Below are positions 35,716-47,958 of a stretch of DNA of 64,000 nucleotides, in pieces. The notes beneath the pieces were generated by a model. It searched no databases, was not told the DNA's origin, and saw only the letters and a program-made list of their open reading frames with translations. The position numbers and the translations under genes were made by a program. The DNA lies in NCBI GenBank assembly GCA_030295235.1, contig AP026125.1, positions 1,674,001 to 1,738,000 on the forward strand, written 5' to 3'. The stretch is from Fistulifera solaris (taxonomy: Eukaryota). Numbering within the stretch: the first letter of the stretch is position 1; every line of letters starts with the position of its first letter.

Positions 35716-38233
35716 ATGTCCGTTCCGCCGCCTCCCCCGCGGAATGCGAACGATGTACTCGCTAAGCAGCTCATTGATTGTGCTGTTTTAGTCAAAAAGG
35801 AGAACACGGACCGCTCCTTCACAAAACGCTCCGCGATTTATCCAAGTATATTGGCGGAGCTCCTTCTTCGGTAGACCAAAATGGAAGTTCCGGTAGTCAC
35901 AGTGTTACATCTTCCGAAGGAACTACAACAGCGACTACTACAACGACAAGTACAAACAAAGGGACACGGAGTAAATTATCGCAATTCGGCAAAAGATTGT
36001 GGGCACTTTGAAACATTCGAGCGGCGCGGACGAGGAACCCGCCAAGCCGCCTCCCGTCGTCGGACGTGTCGTTCATGGAAGTGCTGACAAAGCGACGTGG
36101 CTTGCTGGTCACGAGCATGAAGGTGACTGGTGTGAAGAACATTTCTGTCAGGGCTGTGCCTGCAAGCAACGACAAACTACAGTGAAGGCGCCGATGCTGG
36201 CGACGAATGTCACACGCATCCGTACGAAACCGGCATTTCATCGACCGGCGAATCCACAATCGGCTATGGTTGCCAATGGCTGGATCGAACAAGCACGTCG
36301 CAGTAAGATGCGGACGGTGTGGAAGGAAGTATTGGCGTCGGTGGTGGAAGGGCGGAAACCGGGAGAAGAAACAACTTTGTGGATTCAACGTGAAGTCATC
36401 ATAGACGGCAAAACGACTTTGGAGGCTTTACATCAGCTTCCGATACGGTGGATGCAAGAAGTGTTCTTTTTGGGTGATATCGAAAACCGCTTCAGCATCA
36501 AGATTTATCATTTGCCCGATGAGTTCATGTTCCGATGCCCGGACGCAGATTCGGCTCAAAACTGGGTGTTGACTCTGCGAAGTATGAAGGAAATTGTTCA
36601 GAGGCAAGGATCGGCGCCTCCTCCTCCGACAGTGACCCAAGAACAACGAATGCACGATGAAGAGAGAAATGTGGTCGAGCCTCGTCCAAGACCGACCGCG
36701 CCCGTCGCTCAGCAGGCTCCGCCGAGTCCTTCATCGTCAGCACCTCCACAGCAACGACCAACATCACCACCACAGGAAACCTCACCTCGAATGACAGTCA
36801 AAGAGTTACGAGCGATTGCACATGGAGCGGGGATAAGCACTATTGGTATGGAACGGTCCGAACTCGAAGCGATCGTCTTGAAAATCTCCAACGGTCAGGT
36901 CGTAGCCGATGAAAAGGCAGCATCAAGTGCTCCTCCCAATAAACAAAAAATAACTGAAGTAAGCCCAGATCACGATGTGTCGGATCGAGGACGATCTCCT
37001 GTTCCCATTGAGCATTCTCCGAGCGATGAAGATGAAGTGGCAGCGAAGCAACGAGAAGAAGATAAAGTTGAAAAGGAACGAGCCCGACAACGGCAGTTTG
37101 AAAAAGAGGAAGCGGCGAAACGTAAAGCCTTTCGCGAAGAAGCTGAAAGGCGAAGAGCTCGAGAAGAAGAAGCGAGAATACAAGCTGAGAAAGACGAAGA
37201 GGCAAGGCAGAAAGAACAACAAGAAATTCTTCAGAGGTCACTTGCAGAGAAAGTTAAGCGACAACAAGAGCAAGAGCGTAGGCGAAAGGAAGAAGAAGAG
37301 CGCAAGGTTATGGAAGCAGAACGTTTGAAACGCGAAGAAGAAGAGCACAAGCGTCGTGTGGCTGAATTGCATGCCGCCGAGATGCGTAAGAAGCAGGAAG
37401 AAGCCGCCCGGTTACAGCAAGAGCAATACAAGCAGCAACAAGAAGCTTGGAAGCAACAGCAACAGGCAGAAGCAGAGCGTTTGCGATTTGTACAGCAGCA
37501 ACAGGCGGAAGAGGCACGTCGACAGCATGAAGCATTTTTACGACAGCAACCAGCTCAACAACAGCAGCAACAACATCATCAACAACAGCAGTACCAACAA
37601 TGGCAGCAAGCTCACCCTGGCCAACATCCACAGGCCGGCCATCCACAATGGCTACATCCTCCACAAGGACAGTACCCTCAGTGGCAGCAACAAAACGGTT
37701 ACCCTCCTAATCAGCAATATCCTCATGGGGCACAAGTGCCTCAGCAAGGTGCAGGTCATCCAGGACAGGCGCCTCCGCCCCAGAGTGCGTCTCCGTTCAG
37801 CTCGAAATATGCAAACATGGCTAAACAAAACGAGACAGGGTCTATTGAAAAGCTTAAACATGGTATCCTGGTTGAATGGGCCCTGCAACCACCGCATTTT
37901 CAAATATTGAGGCCGATTGAAGACCTTCTCATGTCTATTCATGGAGTGTTTCCACCAAGATTCGGGGTGCCTGCGCATGATTATTTTAGTAAATGGAGTC
38001 CAATCAAAAGGGATGACCTGAGCTTAGGGCCAAGCATGGGAAATCGTACCGATAGTGAAAAGCTGAATAAGATAGTCCGAAAGCAACTCCGCTTTTTTCT
38101 TCACCCCGACAAGTTGCCAAAAGACTTATCGGAAGGACAAGTTTATGTTTGCAAACTACTATGGGATATTTGTAACGATGCGTGGGAGGAGCACAAAAAG
38201 CGGGAAGAAGAATTGGGTTGGATGCGTTCCTAG
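35716..38233 (+). CDS. PH-like domain + coiled-coil/Gln-rich region + auxilin-type J domain protein; apparent frameshifts near 35795 and 35995
   Basis: PH-like GWIEQARRSKMRTVWKEV...FMFRCPDADSAQNWVLTL; E/K/R coiled coil; Q/P-rich tract; C-terminal EWA..IEDLLMSI..KWSPI..FLHPDKL. Confidence 0.75.
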
Positions 38234-38347
38234 AAACTTTATCGGCTTTCTCTGTAGACTGCAGCCTTAGTTTATGTAAATGCTGTCTATAAGACTGTAA
38301 TCTGCATGTTACCTGTCATCAAACATATCTAGAATACATGCGTGGAG

Positions 38348-39912
38348 CTATAACTGATCCTTGAAAGTCATGCGACATTTAGCAGTACGAACAAGCTCAT
38401 CAGGTAGCACGCGCAACCGTGGATAAAAGTCATATCCAAGCTTCTCTTCGTCGTCTTCGTTACGTTTCGTAAGCTCGTGTCGGCCTGAAAGAATTAATCG
38501 TCCTCGTTGATCATGCTCGAGGACAACCATTTCACAGTTTTTGGGATTTGCTAATAAATGGAATTGATCAATAGTGTATCGATAATACCTGGTCAATAAC
38601 ACACGAATGGCAATTCCATGAGTAATGAGAACATAATGACGACTCTTGTGGATGTCAAAGGAACGCCACAGCGAATCCAGAAACGTTGAGATCCGATCAA
38701 AGACATCGGCACCCGACTCGCCGTTCGGAAAGCGAAAATAAAATGCTCCAAATTGAGCTCGCTCTTTCTTGCATTGATCCACGACGGATGGTTTCTGATA
38801 ATTTCCAAAGTCTTGCTCTCGTATTCGTGGATCCTCTCGCCAGGATAACCCCAGTTCCAGAAGTCGACTGTACCATGCTTTGAGACGGGCTTTTCGATCG
38901 ACAATATGACCAAATTCTTTTCCGGATCACACCACGCTGATACGATGCCGTGAAACGTCTCTACCGTCCGCACATACGGACTGATGATAAAGTGCACGTT
39001 GTTGGCGTCGCCCAACAGTTGCTCCTTTAGATGTTTTCCCGCAGTCCTGGCTTGTTCCCAACCCAGTTCCGTGAGCGGCATGGCATTGTCGGGTGTTGTT
39101 GAGTAAAATTGTTCATCAATATTGCCCATGGATTGCCCGTGACGAAGAAGAATCAGTTTTTGTGGCATAATTTGTGCATTGTATTGAGTGCGGGCGGCGC
39201 GATTTTGTAATTGGATGGAATGATGACTGCCGTGTCGAGAGTGACGAATGTCGTTCGTTGATAGAGTATCGGATCGTCGTACACTGGATGATGGGGGCGT
39301 AGGCAGGGATGATGAACGTGCCATCGGGGGATGTTGAGGAAGGAGATTATCTCTCTGTTGGTAAGGCTGTGTCGTTGCCGACGGCTTGACTGGCAGCAAA
39401 GGATGATCGCCATCGAGACTGCCGCCGAGTTCTTCTATTTCGTCATAGGATCCAGAGACAGTTCGAAACAGACGCCGCTGGGCTTGTTTGGAGTATGGTT
39501 TGCGACTGGATGTTCCGGAAACAACCGTAAGACTTTCTTCCTGATTGTATTTTTCGAAGTGAGACCAATTCGACTGAAAAGGATGATTAGGAACATCTTC
39601 CGAAGACGAAGTAGACGATCCGTCACTATCCGTCCAGTAATCTGAGTTTTCTCGTTCCGAGACTTCGTGAAAGGACAATCGCTCTCGCCGCCTCTGCCGG
39701 TACAATTGCTCCCATGTTGTTGTATCTTGTTTTCCGCGGCGCGTTTCTTTTGTTACAGTATCTGGTACATTTGAGGGAAAGGATAGGATGTTGTCATTGT
39801 TTTGAGGACCGCGCCTATGATGCAGCCACTGCGAGAACGCAGTTATTCCGACAAAGGCCGTCAACGATAAAGCATTGAGTATGAATTGATCATTGACTTT
39901 TCCCGTGCTCAT
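38348..39912 (-). CDS. Histidine phosphatase / phosphoglycerate mutase family protein with N-terminal TM; apparent frameshift near 38915
   Basis: LILLRHGQSMGN, LTELGWEQA, SPYVRT, FYFRFPNGESGADVFDR, ITHG, NPKNCE. Confidence 0.88.
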
Positions 39913-40101
39913 AATGATGTATTACTAAGCAAAGTTCAGTAATGAACCTGTCGCATGTCTCGATCAAGGAGCTTGTTAATCATCAAATGGATCAACTTTT
40001 TTATGATGAATACGCCACTATGAAACGTTGCGCCAAAATGAGCGCTTCATTTATTTTCCCCCGCGAGGTGAGCGAATAAAAAAATCAAACGACCGCTGGG
40101 T

Positions 40102-40452
40102 AATGAAATACAACTGGTCCAGAATTTCTGGAACAAGCCTGATTTTCTGTAGGAATAAAATACACGTGGTCCAGAATTTCTGGACCAACCCAGATTTTCT
40201 GTATGAATAAAATACAACTGGTCCAGAATTTCTGGACCAACCAGATTTTCTGTATGAATGAAATACAACTGGTCCAGAATTTCTAGAACAACCCAGATTT
40301 TCTGTAGGAATAAAATACACGTGGTCCAGAATTTCTGGACCAACCCAGATTTTCTGTATGAATGAAATACACGTGGTCCAGAATTTCTGGAGCAACCCAG
40401 ATTTTCTGTATGAATGAAATACAACTGGTCCGGAATTTCTGGACCAATCAGA
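40102..40452. repeat. 52-bp minisatellite, ~6.7 copies, same family as the 29.3-30.3 kb array
   Basis: GGTCC recurs at 40116, 40168, 40220, 40271, 40323, 40375 and 40427; consensus AAATACAMSTGGTCCAGAATTTCTGGACCAACCCAGATTTTCTGTATGAATR. Confidence 0.95.
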
Positions 40453-40631
40453 CGGTTTACTTTTGTGTTTTTCTCATAGACCATGGTGATAGCTTCAGCT
40501 CAAAATTAAATCCTTCTGCTTCTTAGATTTCTAAAGTGCTGTGATCTACGTCTGACTTCCAAAAGGTGAAATTTTCCTCGATGCTGCGAATTTAATTCTG
40601 ACTATAGCCCAAAGTGTTGTTCGTTTTTCGC

Positions 40632-40726
40632 CATGACTGAAATCAGTCATGACGAGTCATGAGACAAAATAGCTTTACTATAAGCCTAAACTGAAGGCGC
40701 CCTTTTCTATGACTGAATGTCAGTCA
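40632..40726. promoter_or_regulatory. Candidate cis-element: two inverted TGACTGA..TCAGTCA dyads upstream of MIOS
   Basis: CATGACTGA-AA-TCAGTCATG (40632-40651) and TGACTGA-ATG-TCAGTCA (40710-40726); related dyads occur at 6365-6389 and 51033-51056. Regulatory function is inferred only. Confidence 0.35.
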
Positions 40727-40875
40727 CGATCCGAGGATTTTGCTCCGCCGCCGATCTTTGTTTTGCATCACATGCAACTACATCGGTGTCGAGGCATCTT
40801 CGGATGAAGGCTCTTGCATATTCAAATCAATAATCAAAGCACTAACAACATCAGATTATTCTAACGCCTTTTACA

Positions 40876-43815
40876 ATGTCACAAATACACAACAATCAGC
40901 AGAATGAAGCAAAAGATTCTGTTCCGACCGCTCATTATCCGCCGATGGTATCTTCGAGTTCTCCTTCGTCGCGCTTTCCTTCCATGCAGTTAAACAGTAT
41001 TCGAGGTACAACTGCTACCACCGCGAATGTTGCAGAAGATAAGACCCGAAGTTATCCGAAACAACAAGTTCTATTTTGCGATTACGATCAACTCGCGGTG
41101 ATTAATTGTCATCCAGAATCATCGTCTTCGCGCAAGAACGGTCCCGTACTCATGGAATGGAAGCAAGTAATATTCAATGAGAACGGAAAACTGTTTGACG
41201 TTCAAACTAGGAAACAGTCTCGCGGAAATCCCAGTCTCGGTCTCAGTGTCAGCTCTACGTGTTTAGATGTTTTGAGCACCAAAGTATGCGCCACCGGGCT
41301 GACCACCGGTGCTCTTTGCTTGCATTCCTTCGACACGGGTACGGTAGAATATTATCATTTACCGCGCAATCATCGTCCTGCTACTGCCGTCGCCTGTCAT
41401 GGTGGGCATCAAGTTGCGGTGGGATTGATGGGAAATGTCGACAACAATCATCATCCGAGAGCATCCAGTATGGCGAGCGGGGGCATGAATACGATAGGTC
41501 AGGGCACCAACCTTCCTACCGGAGCACAAGCGAGTGACCGCGATTACGGAGCATTTGTTTGGGAGCCGCCTCGTAAAACGCCCGTGTATAAATTATCACA
41601 TCAACTCGGCGTGACGGCCTTGCATTGGTTGGATGCGAGTTTGCTCGTCGGAAATCGACATCAATGGCAATGGTATGACTTGAGACAACGCCAGCCGGTG
41701 AGTGTGGTGAATGCCAAAGTTTCGCATTTGACCTCATTGAGTGCGGATGCGAATCGAAACAGTCACTTGGTGATTTCGAGTCACAAATCCATAGTCCAAT
41801 TGTGGGATGCACGGAGACTCGCGACACCCGTCAGCGAAATCAAAGTATCGTTCCCTTCGGGTAGTAATGACGAAGTCACTGGCTTAAAAGTCATACCCAA
41901 CAGCGAGCAACTTTTCTTGCTGACCGATGAATCGCTGCTGGAATACAATCTGAACAACACCAGTCGACCCGTACACGTGAATACAATTTTGAGTCGTTCC
42001 CAACGCATGGTGGATTTTGCTTTGTATCCCTTTGCCTCTGCAGAAACAGGTGGAGCCGAGGAACGGACTCCCAATCAGCGAGCTGTTTCTCAGCTTTTCC
42101 CGAATCGAGTTGTTGCGATTGTCGATGAAAATGACAGCAATCAAAACCGTACTTACGAGATCAGTACACAAAAGAAAAGTACGATTCAAACGTTGGCGCG
42201 TCAACCACTGGCTCCCCTAGCATGGTCACAGCGACAGCTCGTACATGGTTTCGGTCGAACTTTGTGGGCTGACAATAATGATAGCACCAACAAGGACATT
42301 GATGACAACCTACTTACTTGGAAATTCACGTTGCAACCAATGCACAACATACAGTTGCTTCGCAATCATACCCCGCCTGATAGTCAATTAAGCCAAGAAC
42401 GACATGATGCGCTTCTTCGTGTGTGGCATTGGTTGGAGCGTGTCGAAGAAATGGAAGAGAATAAACCAATCAATCACGCTGGAGTTGGCGATGTTCTTCT
42501 TCTCAACAAAGATACGTCTTCGGAAATGCAATCTTTTTCGGAAGAATTGGGTTGTCGCATATTTGAGAGTAAAGACAGGCTAGATGTTTTAGATAGTTGT
42601 GGATGGGCCGGGAAATATGATTTATTCAACGTGCTGGGTCAATGTGAAGCAATGCAAGCATACGAAAGAGCGGCGGCGTTGGCTATCTGGCATGGAGATC
42701 TTGGTGCAGCAGTCGATACCTTGCAACGCGGTGCACAAATCTTGCGTGATTCCGATAAGAGTTGCGAGAAAAATTCTGCTTACGCTGAATTACTGGATCT
42801 TGCAGCGATTTCTGTTGCGGGATTTCGTGGGGACTTTGAGTCAGCCAAATCATCGGTATGGCGAAGAACTTGCGCAAACCTGCTAAAGCGTCCTGGGTTT
42901 GAGGAAGGTAGAGCTGCATACGTGAAGAGTGCTCTAAAATTCCTTATAGCATTGGATAATCAGCAGGTGATCCACGATGACACATTGAGTCTGGCAGATC
43001 GAGTTGCTTTCTGCTGTCGATTCGCAGAACAAAGTGACTTGAAGAAATTTCTTGAAAACACGATAAATCATTGTAAAGAAACTGGCAATCTTGAGGGTGT
43101 TACTATTACAGGAATATCAAAGGATGGAATTGAAATCATCCAAGCCTACGTGGACCGGTACGCCGATGTCGCGACTGCAGCCCTTATTACAAGTCGGGTG
43201 ATTCTTCCCCCTGAGTGGACGACTGAGCGGCGTGTGTGCACGGAATGGTTGGAATCCTTCCGCTCCATTTTGAACTCATGCCAAATGTGGCAAACAAGAG
43301 CCATTTTTGATGTGGACCGTAGTGAATTGCTACGTCGCTTTAAAGCACGACAGATGCCTGCACTTTCAAACTCACGTCGCGCCATACCAATGCGTCGGTC
43401 AAAGGGACCCGATCCCGACGTCCACGTGGCTATTCCTTCACAGTTGGACGCACGCTGTAATTACTGTAATTCTTCGCTTGGACTTAAGAATCAAGACGGG
43501 GCTCCCAATCAATGGCTCTCTAAAATGAAACCAGTGCTATCATGCTGCCCAACATGTCGAAAACCGCTACCTCGCTGCTCGATCTGCATGCTATCGCTGG
43601 GTGTACTTAATCCTTTTGTTGAGCTGACAAAGGATCGATCGAAGAACGCAGACTCGCAGTCCCTTGGTAGCTTACCATTCGCAGAATGGTTCACATGGTG
43701 CATGAGATGCAAACATGGCGGACATGCCCATCACCTCGTTGGCTGGTTTTCTAAGCACAATGTATGCCCCGTGAGTGACTGCGATTGTAACTGCCAGTTT
43801 GATGGTAGTACTTGA
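40876..43815 (+). CDS. MIOS: GATOR2/SEA complex subunit MIOS (Sea4)-like protein
   Basis: N-terminal WD40-like repeats (WYDLR, LWDAR), ERAAALAIWHG, LADRVAF, GNLEGVTITG, QAYVDRYADVATAA, and C-terminal zinc/RING CNYC..CPTCRKPLPRCSIC..WFTWCMRCKHGGH..CPVSDCDCNC. Confidence 0.9.
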   Translation: MSQIHNNQQNEAKDSVPTAHYPPMVSSSSPSSRFPSMQLNSIRGTTATTANVAEDKTRSYPKQQVLFCDYDQLAVINCHPESSSSRKNGPVLMEWKQVIFNENGKLFDVQTRKQSRGNPSLGLSVSSTCLDVLSTKVCATGLTTGALCLHSFDTGTVEYYHLPRNHRPATAVACHGGHQVAVGLMGNVDNNHHPRASSMASGGMNTIGQGTNLPTGAQASDRDYGAFVWEPPRKTPVYKLSHQLGVTALHWLDASLLVGNRHQWQWYDLRQRQPVSVVNAKVSHLTSLSADANRNSHLVISSHKSIVQLWDARRLATPVSEIKVSFPSGSNDEVTGLKVIPNSEQLFLLTDESLLEYNLNNTSRPVHVNTILSRSQRMVDFALYPFASAETGGAEERTPNQRAVSQLFPNRVVAIVDENDSNQNRTYEISTQKKSTIQTLARQPLAPLAWSQRQLVHGFGRTLWADNNDSTNKDIDDNLLTWKFTLQPMHNIQLLRNHTPPDSQLSQERHDALLRVWHWLERVEEMEENKPINHAGVGDVLLLNKDTSSEMQSFSEELGCRIFESKDRLDVLDSCGWAGKYDLFNVLGQCEAMQAYERAAALAIWHGDLGAAVDTLQRGAQILRDSDKSCEKNSAYAELLDLAAISVAGFRGDFESAKSSVWRRTCANLLKRPGFEEGRAAYVKSALKFLIALDNQQVIHDDTLSLADRVAFCCRFAEQSDLKKFLENTINHCKETGNLEGVTITGISKDGIEIIQAYVDRYADVATAALITSRVILPPEWTTERRVCTEWLESFRSILNSCQMWQTRAIFDVDRSELLRRFKARQMPALSNSRRAIPMRRSKGPDPDVHVAIPSQLDARCNYCNSSLGLKNQDGAPNQWLSKMKPVLSCCPTCRKPLPRCSICMLSLGVLNPFVELTKDRSKNADSQSLGSLPFAEWFTWCMRCKHGGHAHHLVGWFSKHNVCPVSDCDCNCQFDGST

Positions 43816-43995
43816 TGTACTTGTACGTTTCTTTAGTACACATTATCATTTTGAAGCAAGCAACGTGGCAAAGGAATTATGGTTGAACGAGATGCTTCGG
43901 CAATCAATAATTTCCGGACCTGCGGAAGTACTTGGTCGTCCTTGAAATACGCACTTACAGAGCAATTTTCCTAATCGAGCAAAAGTCCAAGGTAC

Positions 43996-45304
43996 TTATC
44001 TCGTGAAAGTATTTTGTTGTAGCTTCGTACCCAGGACTCGCCGTGCTGCGTGTTCCAAGTGGCTCTGCGATACTGTGGAAGAGTCTTCCCGAATCGCCAG
44101 CAAAGCAGCTTCGTTCACCATGTTCCTCAAATCTGCCCCAGATAAACCGTTTGTTCCATTCGCGAGTGCATTCCAGTCAATGTCCGCGTCATGTCGAATC
44201 TTTTTCGCATGTATCTGAAGTATTGCTTTTCTTCCCATAGCGTCTGGATAACCCACATATACTTGCCGTTCGAATCGCCGTAATATCGCCGGATCCAGTA
44301 CATCAGCACGGTTCGTGGCTGCCATGACAACCACGGTTACTTCATTTGTATCACGATCAAATCCATCCATTTCGGTCAAGAGTTGGTTCAGTGTCTGCTC
44401 ACGCTCATCGTTACTGTTAAATTGTGAGCGATGCTTTGCCAGCGCGTCGAGTTCGTCCAAAAATAAAATGGCAGTCGGTTTGCGGCGACCCGACCATCGA
44501 CCATAGTGCTTTTTTGCTTTCTCACGCAAATCACGAAACAATTTACGGACGCGTGCTGCTCCGCGGCCGACGTACATTTCCACAAAATCGCTCGCGGAAC
44601 AAGCCATAAAACAGTCTACCCCCGATTCCCCAGCGACCGCTTGTGCTATTAAGGTCTTTCCAGAGCCGGGTGGTCCATGCAATAGAATGGCTCCCCGGCA
44701 AGCGTGCCCCCAGTTGTTCAAAGTGCGATGGCTTTTTCAAATAAGAGACTATTTCGGATACTTCTTGAACCACATGATCAATCCCGGCAACATCATTGAA
44801 CGTAATTTTGAAGGATTTTTTGTTCTTAAGCGGGTTAAAAGACTTATCTCGCATGGAGTTGTTCAGCATCCGATAGACCATGGCCAAATAAACAAACGGT
44901 AATGCCGTTAAAGCAGGCGTCGCCAATCGACTGATCCATGATTCCGGTAATGTGGATAATTCGGTGTTCGATAACGCTTTCAGAATGTTATCTTGCATAC
45001 CATTCGTCAAATTCGAGCGATGCCAGCCTTTTTGTTTGATCAGAAAGTAAACGATACGACCCGTTGAGGAGAGAAGCGCTTTTTCGATTACTCCTTTTGG
45101 AGCTGATTGATACAAGAGTGACACAGGGGCATCTTTTGAGTTCAAGTAGGCTGGCTTTGGCCTAAGACGCAGATAAAGTGTAAACAGAAACGCCGCAACG
45201 ACCGCGACCCCAGATTTTCCGACATTGCTTTCCCATAATCTTCGTAACCTCTTCCGCATGCGATGCGTCCAAGTATCTTCGTCTTTCTCCGCGTCAAATA
45301 TCAT
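43996..45304 (-). CDS. FtsH-like membrane AAA ATPase lacking the M41 protease domain; apparent frameshift near 44695
   Basis: Two TMs, TFNDVAGID..EIVSYLK, Walker A GPPGSGKT, FVEMYVGRGAARVR, Walker B ILFLDELD, EREQTLNQLLTEMDGF, ATNR..LDPA, GLSGADL; stop shortly after the AAA lid, with no HExxH. Confidence 0.88.
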
Positions 45305-45919
45305 TCCTTATCTTGTTGATAAAGATGTGCTAGAAAAGAAATGATGGATGCACCATATTTCATTCCTTTCTATACAACAGCATCAACATCGTCGTATTCA
45401 AGCGTTCAAGTGGTTTGAAAAATCATATTGGTAAGGTTAAGGCTATTCAATTCAACATAGAAATGACACACGACTACACTTTCGTATATAGTAAGTATCC
45501 ACGTTGTAATTAGAACTTACAGTAGAGCTAGCCTCTGTCTGTATAATCGTATAGTGTACTGGTACCTGATACCGCATACCGTACTGTATCTTCCAGAAAT
45601 GTCCATAGTCCACGACTGCACGTTGTACTCAGAAACTCCGTGTTCTGCAGTTCTGCGTTAGAAATGTGTGTCAGCGTCAGCGAAACTCCGCGGTTCTTCA
45701 TTCTTTACTCTTTATTTATGGCACTGTGCATGGTGCTCTGCACCTCAGCCATCTGCCAGCTCCGTCACCCGTCACCTTTTCCCACAACATCACAGGACCA
45801 CATCATCATCATCATCACAAAGGACGCATCGAACAAAATGATCGAAAGGTCGAGCATTCAATTCATAAATTCGCTCGCTTTCAAACCTCAACAGCACACA
45901 AAGCAAGTTGTCAACAACT

Positions 45920-46540
45920 ATGATGACTCCAGCGGTGACGAAGAATGATGTGCTCGTTCGATCTGTGGACGAAAGCGTCGAAACGGAACAACCATCGACT
46001 TTGGTGAGAAAACTTCTTTTCGATCCAGAGATTCTCAAAAATAAGCGACGAGATTTGTTTGCTGTGAATTCTAACCTGGAGGAATGGATGGAAAACTATG
46101 ACATGGAAAAGATTACGGCTATTCGAGAAAACAATCTGGAAAAGCTTCGTTTCATCTTGGAAAATGGTGGGAATTTTAATGCTTGCAATCGGAATGGCGA
46201 GACAATCTTACATCTAGCGTGCCGGCGCGGCAATCTTGATGTTGTTAGATTCCTTGTGGATGAAGCTCAAGTCGAAATCGAAGTGCAAGATGATTTAGGA
46301 AGATCTGTTTTACATGACATTTGCTGGAGACCATATCCTGACTTTGAATTGATGGAATTCATTATGGGGAAAGTACCTCCTGCATTCTTGCTAACTGAAG
46401 ATCGACGGGGTCACACTTGTTTTGACTACTGCCGGAAACAAGATTGGAATCAATGGAATCGATTTTTACACAAGCATGCGAGATCTCTACAACGGCGCGC
46501 TTCATTGTACAACATGATCTGCCAGATTGCGAAAGACTAA
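45920..46540 (+). CDS. Ankyrin-repeat protein
   Basis: NRNGETILHLACRRGNLDVVRFL, DDLGRSVLHDICW, DRRGHTCFDY. Confidence 0.88.
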   Translation: MMTPAVTKNDVLVRSVDESVETEQPSTLVRKLLFDPEILKNKRRDLFAVNSNLEEWMENYDMEKITAIRENNLEKLRFILENGGNFNACNRNGETILHLACRRGNLDVVRFLVDEAQVEIEVQDDLGRSVLHDICWRPYPDFELMEFIMGKVPPAFLLTEDRRGHTCFDYCRKQDWNQWNRFLHKHARSLQRRASLYNMICQIAKD

Positions 46541-47146
46541 TGCAATGCGAAAGACTCCTCATAATCATAGAAATAGATTGTTCATAAAACAAGATTTAAG
46601 CATAAATTCAAAGCACAAACAAATCCGGATGAAATTCTAGTATATTATTAAAAAAGCTCCCCAATAAAAGTCCATCCTAAAAGCAGTGAAACAAAAGCTC
46701 GCCGACTCAGACTCAGAGCTCAGAGCAAATCAACCGTACCAGCTCAGAATTTCCTCTTTCCTCGCTGGTACCGCTCATACATCATGATGGACACGTGGCC
46801 GTGGTTTGGTGGCACGAGTGAGGGGTCAGATATGCTGATGTGGAAGAGGCGGAGAATGATTTGACAAACTTGCGGATGCATGAGACAAAATGAATTGATT
46901 AAACTACAGTACTGACAGGGAAACGAAACGTTAAAGAGTTTTGATCATCCAACAACCGCACAAAGAGACTTGAGACACACGTTGCTATCTAAATCGACAC
47001 GGGATCCACTCGGAATGCTTTATTCACGAATGAAGAATTTCACAGAAAAATACACGCGACTTGACAAGCAAAAAGTGACAATGATGAGAAGAACGCTCCG
47101 AATATACTTGCTTACAATCCTTCTAATCCGTCAGTGCACACTTCAC

Positions 47147-47819
47147 ATGGCTCTGCAATTCATGCATAAGTATGAGCTTTCATCAACATTGGCTCTTTAC
47201 ATCATTCGTGGATCTGTTTTGGATTTCGCGTCAATGAATGGAGCCATTGTCAACGCAGCGAACGAAGGATGTTTGGGTGGCGGTGGCGTAGACGGCGCGA
47301 TTACGATAGCAGGTGGGCCGAAACTAGCGAAGGATCGCAAAAAGTTGAAACTGATAAAGAGAGGAATCCGTTGCCTCACAGGGGATGCGGTAATCACTGG
47401 GCCCGACGAGTACGGCAAAATCCAAACACCCTACGTAATTCACGCCGTAGGTCCCAACTATTGGGAGCAACCCGACAGTGAAGCTGCACATGAATTGCTC
47501 AGACGAGCATATCAAGCCTCACTGCAACTCGCTGATGATCATGGATTGACAGAAATTGCTTTCCCTCTCCCTCTCTGCGGGCGTTTTTCGTGCATCGATT
47601 CCTCTTTCTGTGATTTTAAAGAATGCAGTTGTTGGTATCAGCGAATGGAGAAAGGATGGAAGCACGTCACTCGAGAAAGTGATATTATATGCGTTCACAC
47701 CGGAAGAATGCGACGAACTTCGAATGGTTTGTGAGGACTTGCTGGGGAAGGGAAATTTTGACACGCAAAATACGCTTTCGGAACCCGCCGACCTTCCAGA
47801 CCCCATGGATACCAACTAA
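47147..47819 (+). CDS. Macrodomain (MacroD/YmdB-like ADP-ribosyl hydrolase) protein; apparent frameshift near 47565
   Basis: AIVNAANEGCLGGGGVDGAI, TGDAVIT, VIHAVGP, AYQASL, IAF..LSAGVF (last motif in a second frame). Confidence 0.9.
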
Positions 47820-47958
47820 ATATTGTTTCTCTAATTTAAAGCAATACAAATGCTTCATTTGTTGCCTTACAGTACTTTGTATACGTTGTTGTGGGGCATT
47901 GTTACTTCATATAGCGCTTGAGTAAAGAGACACATCGGCCACATGAAGAGTTGTTTCC

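Noticed and set aside
40047..40484. ORFs of 114-145 aa over the 52-bp array
   Set aside because: Translation artefacts of the tandem repeat.
40544..40585. Possible degenerate family-A core (TCTACGT...GAAATTT) next to the 40-kb array
   Set aside because: It lacks the ACGTAG arm and the GGG..CCC dyad; too weak to call.
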